64,000 nt of DNA from Acidobacteriota bacterium (lineage in GTDB: Bacteria; Acidobacteriota; UBA6911), in assembly GCA_963664705.1 (NCBI GenBank), contig OY761556.1, positions 1,056,001 through 1,120,000 on the forward strand, written 5' to 3'. The notes beneath the pieces were generated by a model. It did not search any database. It was not told where the DNA came from and saw nothing but the letters and a program-made list of their open reading frames with translations. Below are positions 49,854 through 57,461 of the stretch, piece by piece; positions within the stretch are counted from its first letter, which is position 1, and each line of letters opens with the position of its first letter. Position numbers and translations under genes: made by a program.

Positions 49854-52550
49854 TTAGGGCTCGAAGAACAGGTAATCCGTATTGCTGATATAGGGCGCTA
49901 GCAGGCCTGCATCATTGATGACGCTCGAATAGAGAAAGGGCGTTGTGCAAATCGAGAAATCAAAGGCCGTTCCGTCTGAATAGGTGCCCGACATTATGGA
50001 TTTGCGTAGTGCCGCAAACTTGGTTTTCTGTTCGGCACTAAGAGTATTGAACACTTGGGATATCACTGTTGCATAGTGATAGTTATTCTCGCCATCCAGA
50101 TCCCCATAGGTTTCAGACAATGCGAGCACTTGATTTTTGATCTCATCCGTTGCAACCGTGGTTGTCATCAGACTTCGCAGCAGTGTAGAGATCTGAGTCC
50201 GAAGGTTTACGATGTTGGAAATGGGGGATGAGTACAGGTTATTCCTCTGGATGTCCACCAGGTTATTGAAAGCTGCAGCCTGGTTTGCTGTGACATAGCC
50301 TCTGGAGCTGTCACTGAGCGCCGACCCAGCGGTAGCCGTCAGCTGTTCATTGATGCTGTAGCCTTCATGCCCTACGGCCGGAGCATCCTTGATATAGAAT
50401 CCTCCATAGTAAGTCCCATGACGCTCGGGACAGAAGTAGACATCGGCCGTCACTGATCCGGCATACCAGCTGAAGATGTCGCTTGCATAGGTCATCACTG
50501 CCACCGAGGTGTCTCGTGGAAGTTTTTGCATCTTGGCTTTAATTAGATCGTTGCTGATGTCCGGCCAGGAAGCCCATCCCTTGCCTTTCATGGCATTCAG
50601 GTAGGTCTTCTGCGTTGAGTCCATGGAGTTGAGGATATTGGCATAGAGGAGAGCGCGATCGAAGCTCATCTGGCCGTCGATGAGGTAGAGTGCCCGTGAA
50701 GCCTGCCTTACCGCATTGAGGTTCAGCCCATTGGAGCCGGCGGGAGTGCTGCCATCGAGTTGGCGGCGAAATGCCTGCATCAAAGGAAATCGTTTGTAGC
50801 CGTATAGATCAATCCGGCTTTGCTCGGTTGTAGCAAGGGAACCCAATTGGGCTAACTGTGCATCAGTTAGGATGTAGATGATATTGTTTGCAATTCGGGT
50901 CAGAAAACTGGTGTTGTGCCCCATGTCGTCCGGATCATTGTCTCGCAGGTACTGAAACCCAAAATAATCCGAAACCTTTCCCGGAGGGAAGAAGGACTGT
51001 GCGTCCAGATTCCCCGTCATCATAGCAAGTCCAGAGAAAGCTATGGTTGTGCTCTGGGCCTGATCGGAAATCGTGTCGGACATGCTGAATCTTGCATTAA
51101 AGTTTGAAATGACAGGCAATGTTGTCAACGAAAGGGGTGAATTATTAATGCGCAGGATCAAAGCCGCCAAATCCGCTGTTGAACTGACTAAAAGCGATCC
51201 TTGAAAATTACTGATTTGTGGAAAGAGTTCTGAAACCATCTTGGCCATATGGCCCTTTGCCGGCAGGTCAAGCTTCAGACTGGTTCCGACCGCTGTCCCG
51301 CTTTCATCCATCAGTTGAAGATTCAAAGAAGCAGCAGAACTGGTGATTCCCTGGAAAGCGATCCCGGTATCAAATGCCCCGGTGACCGCCACCGGTATTG
51401 TGATGGATGATAGCCCCGCAGATCCGCTTACCGCAGCCTCGGTTTGAAAGGCTCCTGCCGAATCAAAAATCGTGAATATGCCGGATACACCGATTGGAAC
51501 ATCCGATGCTATCGTTGCCGCACCAGTAGTCAGGCTGCCAGTTCCATCGGTCTGAAGAGATAATGAAGCTCCCGAAGCAAGGGGCGAAAAGGCGAAATTG
51601 CTATGCTTCCCCTGTCCGATTATGGTCATGTTCACGGGGTTCCCATTATCGTCAGTCAAACTCAAAGTCACATTGGCCGGTTTTGCAGAGATATTTGTAA
51701 TCAGAAAGGACGTTTTATATGCGCCATTGCCAAACGATCCGTTAGCAACCTGAGGGAAATACTGCGTTTGATCGAGCGAATTCGTCGGTATGCTGGACAA
51801 CGCGGTATAGGACAGCGGGTATGAGTTTTCTCTCAAGGCTACCGAGGCCAATGGTTGCGAAGACTGAACCAATAGAGATCCCTGGAAATTGGACGCCGAT
51901 GGAAAGAGCTGTCCTGAACCGGAAATATATCGGGCAATGTGCTTGTTTGCCCCAATTGTCAAGGTAACCGGGGCCCAGGACTGTTTGCCGCTATTGTCAC
52001 GTAATGTGAGCGTGGCGGTGGCATTCGAATTTGCTGTGTTGAGGAATGCCAGCGCTGTATTGAAGTTCCCTGTTGTATCCACGGGAAGCACAAAGCTGGA
52101 CAGAGGTGTCGCACTGTTGATGCCGGTCTCAGTAAAGTGAATCCCATCAACTTCGTAAACCCTGAATATTTCCGATACTCCTATCTTTGCCGAAGAGGAG
52201 AGCCTTGCTACTCCGCTCACCAGACTTCCTTGGCTGTTGGTCTCCAGCAGGCGGGAACTTCCAGCGGGCAACTGAATGACAAAATGGCTGTTGGAACTTC
52301 CACCTACATTCATTATCAGTGGATTTCCATTGTTATCGAATAGGTCCAGGTTGGCGGTAACAGCGGCACTGCTGTTGTTGCAGAGCACGAAGGTTGTTTT
52401 GAACCTGCCCTCATCCCCACCGTTGGCAATTTGGGGTAAATAATAGATATTTTGGGCAAAAGCATTGCCGGCCCAAAAACATGCCAGCCAAAACAGACCC
52501 CATCCGATGACTGTCTTTCTTGATTTGTTGATTTGAATTGCCCGCCGCAT
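49854..52550 (-). CDS. Secreted protein: 449-aa repeat module plus uncharacterised C-terminal domain
   Basis: Signal peptide ending AFA; strong SD GAGGAGG; C-domain FFPPGKVSDYFGFQYLRDND...YFCPERHGTYYGGFY. Confidence 0.85.
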   Translation of the reverse strand: MRRAIQINKSRKTVIGWGLFWLACFWAGNAFAQNIYYLPQIANGGDEGRFKTTFVLCNNSSAAVTANLDLFDNNGNPLIMNVGGSSNSHFVIQLPAGSSRLLETNSQGSLVSGVARLSSSAKIGVSEIFRVYEVDGIHFTETGINSATPLSSFVLPVDTTGNFNTALAFLNTANSNATATLTLRDNSGKQSWAPVTLTIGANKHIARYISGSGQLFPSASNFQGSLLVQSSQPLASVALRENSYPLSYTALSSIPTNSLDQTQYFPQVANGSFGNGAYKTSFLITNISAKPANVTLSLTDDNGNPVNMTIIGQGKHSNFAFSPLASGASLSLQTDGTGSLTTGAATIASDVPIGVSGIFTIFDSAGAFQTEAAVSGSAGLSSITIPVAVTGAFDTGIAFQGITSSAASLNLQLMDESGTAVGTSLKLDLPAKGHMAKMVSELFPQISNFQGSLLVSSTADLAALILRINNSPLSLTTLPVISNFNARFSMSDTISDQAQSTTIAFSGLAMMTGNLDAQSFFPPGKVSDYFGFQYLRDNDPDDMGHNTSFLTRIANNIIYILTDAQLAQLGSLATTEQSRIDLYGYKRFPLMQAFRRQLDGSTPAGSNGLNLNAVRQASRALYLIDGQMSFDRALLYANILNSMDSTQKTYLNAMKGKGWASWPDISNDLIKAKMQKLPRDTSVAVMTYASDIFSWYAGSVTADVYFCPERHGTYYGGFYIKDAPAVGHEGYSINEQLTATAGSALSDSSRGYVTANQAAAFNNLVDIQRNNLYSSPISNIVNLRTQISTLLRSLMTTTVATDEIKNQVLALSETYGDLDGENNYHYATVISQVFNTLSAEQKTKFAALRKSIMSGTYSDGTAFDFSICTTPFLYSSVINDAGLLAPYISNTDYLFFEP
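51108..52454 (-). repeat. Copy 1 of the duplicated 1347-bp N-terminal module
   Basis: QNIYYLPQIANG ... LSLTTLPVI. Confidence 0.9.
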
Positions 52551-52718
52551 ACTTGTCCCTCCTCTTATTCACTGAACGAACAATAAACGCATCTTAGGCT
52601 ATTCGAGCGACACTGGCGGTTATGCCAAAGAGTGGGGAATCGAAGCCTGACACCGGGCGCTCACGCAAGAAGCAAATCCCCAATTATCGGATCAGCCTGT
52701 TTCCCTTCTCAAACGATA

Positions 52719-52747
52719 TGTCGTGGGTTTGGCGGCAATGGTTTACG
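52719..52747 (-). promoter_or_regulatory. ECF-type promoter, copy 2 (cGTAA-N16-CCACGACA)
   Basis: Minus strand cgtaa accattgccgccaaac ccacgaca; same boxes and spacing as 54304-54332. Confidence 0.7.
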
Positions 52748-52765
52748 CGGATGCTGAATAATTAT

Positions 52766-52806
52766 AAAAAAAACGCCATGGAAGTCGCTGTCGAATCCAT
52801 GGCGTT
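52766..52806 (-). terminator. Intrinsic terminator ending the sigma / anti-sigma / Spy operon
   Basis: aacgccatgga / tccatggcgtt stem running into T8 on the minus strand. Confidence 0.85.
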
Positions 52807-52834
52807 GCCAAATCTTATCTGCTGGGAATGCTTG

Positions 52835-53305
52835 CTATCGCCTTCTTTGCGGTTCTCCTGGCAGCGGTGGCGGCGGCTGTGATTCCTTTTTCTGTAGAAT
52901 CTGCCATTGAGCCGACGTCAAAACCATTCGTAGCTTTAAACTCATCTGGGCAACCGCACGCATCATATCTGCGCGGGTGGTCACGACCTGATCAATCGCT
53001 TCCTGCCCGCGCCTGGGATCCACTTTTTCATCATTCATAATTTGCTGCAAAACCGCCTCGGCTTTGTCGGCGGCACCACGCAGTTGGATCAACTGGTCGC
53101 GGGATTCGGCTACAGTTGCACGGATTTTCTTGTTTTGTTCTTCGCTTAGTCCCAGATCCCTGACAATAGGTTGATCCCACCAAGCTGTGGTTTCGGGTTT
53201 CGGGCGCGGTCCCCGGCCGCCCTGCGGGTTCCGGTCTTGGGCGGATCCGATATTTGTGAACGCCGCAATGATGCACATTAACACGCTGATTCTCAGAGTA
53301 TTCAT
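52835..53305 (-). CDS. Spy/CpxP/ZraP-like periplasmic protein
   Basis: Signal peptide, LGLSEEQ and VLTSAQW (LTxxQ) motifs, helical composition. Confidence 0.82.
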   Translation of the reverse strand: MNTLRISVLMCIIAAFTNIGSAQDRNPQGGRGPRPKPETTAWWDQPIVRDLGLSEEQNKKIRATVAESRDQLIQLRGAADKAEAVLQQIMNDEKVDPRRGQEAIDQVVTTRADMMRAVAQMSLKLRMVLTSAQWQILQKKESQPPPPLPGEPQRRR

Positions 53306-53724
53306 TTTCCTACCTCGAATAGAGACCGGATCGGTTCCGCTGAACTCGGGAGAGGATCCGAGATTCTGGAAAAGATATCATCGAAAAGCTCAGAGTCCGA
53401 AATATGCTGCTTGGGTGGAGGCTGTATTGAAGAGGGTCTTCGAACCATCACAACGGCAAAAATCATAAGTGTAACGAGTACCGGAACCAGAATTATGGGA
53501 AAGGGTCGGCGTTTTGCATGGATCCGGGCATGAATGGCTCGCCTCTGTCCGGCAAGAAAGTCTGGGGATACTTCAATCCCAACAGGCTGAAAGTTTTCAA
53601 GTCCACTGCGAATCGCTTTAAGCCTCTTGGCGCATGAGACACATTTGGCAAGGTGATCATCCCCGGGACGCACATCATAGACCAGGGCAAAAAGCTCCTC
53701 ATCCGTCCAATGTTTATCGTACAT
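53302..53724 (-). CDS. Zinc-binding transmembrane anti-sigma factor
   Basis: H...HLAKCVSC (HxxxCxxC), one TM helix; overlaps both neighbours. Confidence 0.85.
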   Translation of the reverse strand: MYDKHWTDEELFALVYDVRPGDDHLAKCVSCAKRLKAIRSGLENFQPVGIEVSPDFLAGQRRAIHARIHAKRRPFPIILVPVLVTLMIFAVVMVRRPSSIQPPPKQHISDSELFDDIFSRISDPLPSSAEPIRSLFEVGK

Positions 53725-54295
53725 ACAAGTCTCTCAATTCTGCGCGCAGTTTCTTTATTGCGCGAGCCATGTGGGCTTTTACCGTACCGGTGTTCAGGTT
53801 CATTATTCCGGCAATCTCTTCGAAGCTCAGCTGTTCTTCGTGACGAAAAATGAAAATCGCCTTCTGGCGGGCGGATAATCGCTCAAGGGACCTTTCCAAA
53901 CGATGTCGAATTTCCTGACCCTTGGCTTCGTCTTCTTGTGTCGGGCCGGATGCAGGTGTCGCCCGGAGCATGTCATCGCTGAAGGCATCCCTTGAGTGTT
54001 TCTGCCAGAAACGCCATCTTTTCGACCGGATGCGATTGTAGCAAGTGTTGAAGGCAACGCGGGTGAGCCACTTTGGCGGTTCCTGAATACTGCTCCGGCC
54101 ATTTTTCTCAAGGGTCTTATAGGCCTCAACGAAGACATCCTGTGTGGCAGAATCAGCCTCATCGCGGTTTCGGAGCAGGCGCATGCATAGCACAAAAATT
54201 CTTTCCTGCTCCTCGGCCATCCATGCCTCGAAGTCGATCTCATGCATGACTAATTCCACGTCTCCCACCGTCAGAACACTCTCCTGAGCTTCCAT
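53714..54295 (-). CDS. ECF RNA polymerase sigma factor
   Basis: EADSATQDVF, WLTRVAFNTC, LS.RQK.IF, EEIA..M....GTVKAH..RA; start at ATG 54295. Confidence 0.93.
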   Translation of the reverse strand: MEAQESVLTVGDVELVMHEIDFEAWMAEEQERIFVLCMRLLRNRDEADSATQDVFVEAYKTLEKNGRSSIQEPPKWLTRVAFNTCYNRIRSKRWRFWQKHSRDAFSDDMLRATPASGPTQEDEAKGQEIRHRLERSLERLSARQKAIFIFRHEEQLSFEEIAGIMNLNTGTVKAHMARAIKKLRAELRDLYVR

Positions 54296-54303
54296 ATTCT
54301 TAT

Positions 54304-54332
54304 TGTCGTGGATGTTTTGCAAATCGATTACA
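54304..54332 (-). promoter_or_regulatory. ECF-type autoregulatory promoter, copy 1 (tGTAA-N16-CCACGACA)
   Basis: Minus strand tgtaa tcgatttgcaaaacat ccacgaca, 8 nt before the sigma ATG. Confidence 0.7.
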
Positions 54333-54411
54333 TAAAGAGAGCAGGAAAATCCAGCGATTCCAATTTGACTAACGCCGCTCAGTGCCGAAGGAAGCCATAC
54401 CACCAGATAGC

Positions 54412-55218
54412 CTAATATGCAGGGTCTCCATTGATTTTCATATCGCTCAATTTAAACTCGAACAGCATCCTTTCAGGGTTTTGATTTAGCCTGTTGCTGC
54501 CAATACTCCATGCCGGAGGCCCTGTGAATTCCAGCCTTAGGAACTTATCCTCCTGACTTAGAACAGGGCGGCCCTGTGAATGCCGAGGAAAAATGAATTG
54601 GAATTCACACACATTGGGTTGTGAGATTACAAAGCGTTCAAGCGGGATCCGTCTCCCTTTCGAAGGGATCAAGGAAACAGTATCTTTGAGGGTTTCTGTT
54701 GTCTGATTCTGCCAATAGGGACAAGGGAGCGAATCGGGTCTGCCTAATACACTTCTGCCAAGGTGATGCCCACTTATAATATGAACCACAATCGCATTAG
54801 GAAATCGCGTTGAGAGAAATTCCTCGGCCTCCTTATCCAATTCCTGCCGTTTCTCCTGGGAGAGCTTTTCATAATTTGAGGCTATTTGCTTCTGACGAGC
54901 AAGTGCCCGCCGGATGGGCAATGCTGAGAAGAGTTGCACAACGTATCCGTTGGAATTGTAAAGCACGTTCTTAGCCCATGGAGAATCCACAAGCATCGTT
55001 TCGCATTCTTTCTCTGTCCAATAGCGATAATCTTTTGTTTTCCAGAATTCATTTGTCTCCTGCGCTGAACTGAAAAAATTCAGTAAAAACGCAAAAAACA
55101 AAAACAGCATTGCAGGATTTGGAATAGGCCATCTGTATTCCAGTATCCGGAAGATTCTGTTGCATTCTGAAGCTGGGAAATCTTTCATATCATTCTTCTT
55201 TTGTTTGTTAGCCTGCAA
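54412..55218 (-). CDS. Hypothetical secreted protein (start uncertain)
   Basis: Hydrophobic signal-like segment, then W..KDY..WTEKE...ML.DSPWA. Confidence 0.65.
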   Translation of the reverse strand: MQANKQKKNDMKDFPASECNRIFRILEYRWPIPNPAMLFLFFAFLLNFFSSAQETNEFWKTKDYRYWTEKECETMLVDSPWAKNVLYNSNGYVVQLFSALPIRRALARQKQIASNYEKLSQEKRQELDKEAEEFLSTRFPNAIVVHIISGHHLGRSVLGRPDSLPCPYWQNQTTETLKDTVSLIPSKGRRIPLERFVISQPNVCEFQFIFPRHSQGRPVLSQEDKFLRLEFTGPPAWSIGSNRLNQNPERMLFEFKLSDMKINGDPAY

Positions 55219-55523
55219 GCGTCAAAGGCGGGTGAAGCGTCTATATATAGTTAGAGTATTTCGGGTTTCATTTGGATCATAGATTTAAAAAACCTACATT
55301 AAAGGCGATCTGCTTTGGTGAGATTTGGAGCTTTGCTTTGCGTAAATCAGGCGAGCGGCCGGACCGCTAATCAGAGAACCCAAGGTCGGCCGAAGAGAAT
55401 TGCATGATGGCTTTACTGCAAAAGGCGCCTTAAAGAGAATTGGATTATTACCTAGCAATTTGTTGAAGGGGATAAGAGAGCGGTCTATGTGTAATAAAAC
55501 CGCTCTCTGTGCATGCAATGCGG

Positions 55524-57068
55524 CTACCTTTGCGCCTTGGATTGTTCCCGCATCTTGGCGAAATAGGCATCAAAGGCCTTGATCTGTTCGATGTTCGGAT
55601 GAGGCCTGGCGTCGGGAGTCTTGTCGAAGATCATGGTCTTCTGTTCCTTCTCATCAAACGCCGGCCAAACCGGCAAGCCCGGTCCATTGGGATCACCCTT
55701 TTTAGCGAAATTCACCCAATAAGAGCTTATCAATTCGGATAAGGCCTTATCTTCCGGTCCGTTCCCTCCTCCCATTCCACCCAGGTTGCCGAAAACATAA
55801 GAAATTTCAGCCGCGTGGTTGGCGCCATCGGGCGAGGCTGGTGTGCGATGATCAAAGTAGTAAACGAAAGCTTTATTTTTACCTTTCGCGGATTGCATTT
55901 TTGCCCACGCCCAAGTGGGCCAGGCGAAGGTGGATTCACGCATTAGGTCCTTAGCGGACCTGGTCGCGTCGGCCTCCATATCGTGAGGATAGACTTTCAA
56001 GATATCCTCGGCGTTCGCCGCATAGCTGCTGCGGACCATTTTTTCGAACCCTGTCCCCGTGGTTAACTGGGTGACAAACAACCCGCCTTCATTTGAGTTC
56101 GTTCCTACTAGGATAGGCGTATCGTTGAATTTTCCGGCTTCAAATATCTCATATGGGGATTCGACAATTGTCTCGCCATCGGAAACCGGCCGAAAACTGC
56201 CCATGCCCTTGGTGTCTTTCTGAATTGCCTCTGCGCTAAGTGCGCGCGCAGCCTTGATGTCGTTGGCTCCCAGCTTGCTCAAATAGGCTTTCCCCTGCTC
56301 CTCCGCTGCTTTGAGCGTCATGCCAAGAGTTCGCATCGCCCCGCCACTCTCAGAAATTGCGCGTTGAAAGAAGCCTCGGGCCATCGGAGATGTCACAAGC
56401 ATTCCGACCGACATGCCCCCGGCGGATTCACCGAAGATGGTGACGTTCGATGGGTCGCCGCCGAATCGCTTAATGTTCTCCTTTACCCACTTAAGGCCGG
56501 CGATCTGATCCTGAATTCCATAGGCGCCGGAGCCTTTACCGCTTTCTTTGCTGAGGTCCGGGTGGGCCAGGAATCCCATTGGCCCCAGGCGGTAGGCCAC
56601 GCTGACCAGTACCACTCCTTTCTTTGCCAGAGTGGCGCCGTCATAGGTCGGCGTGCTGGTCATCCCGATGCCGAATCCTCCGCCATAAATCCAGACCATC
56701 ACCGGACGCTTTTCTCCGGTCTTCTTTGCGCCCGTCCAGACATTCAAATACAGACAGTCTTCGCTGATTTTTTGGGGGCCTCCCAGCATAGCGCCAAAAG
56801 CGGTGTCCTGCATCGGACCGGGCGCAAATTCGTCCGCCTTTCTTACGCCCTGCCACGGTTTCACTGGCTGGGGGGATCTCCAGCGCAGATCGCCAACCGG
56901 CGGAGCGGCAAACGGAATGCCTTTAAACGAGGCGATGCCATCCTTCACGACACCTTCAACAACACCCCCGGTGACCTTTGTCTTTGATATCTGTGCCCAC
57001 GCCGGAACTACGGCGACAATGATCAAAGACAGCGCGCAACCTATAACCTTCAGATTTCTTCTAATCAT
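55524..57068 (-). CDS. Type-B carboxylesterase (PnbA-like)
   Basis: FKGIPFAAPPVGDLRW, SEDCLYLNVW, GGG oxyanion hole, GESAG, HAAEI. Confidence 0.95.
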   Translation of the reverse strand: MIRRNLKVIGCALSLIIVAVVPAWAQISKTKVTGGVVEGVVKDGIASFKGIPFAAPPVGDLRWRSPQPVKPWQGVRKADEFAPGPMQDTAFGAMLGGPQKISEDCLYLNVWTGAKKTGEKRPVMVWIYGGGFGIGMTSTPTYDGATLAKKGVVLVSVAYRLGPMGFLAHPDLSKESGKGSGAYGIQDQIAGLKWVKENIKRFGGDPSNVTIFGESAGGMSVGMLVTSPMARGFFQRAISESGGAMRTLGMTLKAAEEQGKAYLSKLGANDIKAARALSAEAIQKDTKGMGSFRPVSDGETIVESPYEIFEAGKFNDTPILVGTNSNEGGLFVTQLTTGTGFEKMVRSSYAANAEDILKVYPHDMEADATRSAKDLMRESTFAWPTWAWAKMQSAKGKNKAFVYYFDHRTPASPDGANHAAEISYVFGNLGGMGGGNGPEDKALSELISSYWVNFAKKGDPNGPGLPVWPAFDEKEQKTMIFDKTPDARPHPNIEQIKAFDAYFAKMREQSKAQR

Positions 57069-57461
57069 TGTGACTCCTTTGAACAGAGACCCAGTATTGC
57101 ACCAAGAACCCCGAGAGGCCCTATAATAGCGCAGCGTTTTGATAAACCCATCATAATCGTATGGATCTATTTCAGCGACAAATTTACTTCGAGCTGGCTG
57201 ATTATTTCGACGCTCGGGAACCAGGCTTGACCCGGCTGCAAAACCCATAACCGCTTACGGAACTCCGTATGGATGGACTGAATTGCCCACGATTTGAATA
57301 GAGCGCAGCCCTGCGGTCTTTTGGATCTGTTGGGGTTACATTCTTCACTTTGGCGACTTTTCATAATTGGCAGCTTTTCAGCTGCGCTTGGGACGACTTT
57401 CGTATATAAGTGTCTGCTTTCATCTGCCAATTTTAGGATAGATTTTGACTGGGACAGTCTC

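Noticed and set aside
55294-55518. Short ORFs in the AT-richer gap between the hypothetical gene and the carboxylesterase
   Set aside because: No SD, motifs or protein-like composition; treated as intergenic
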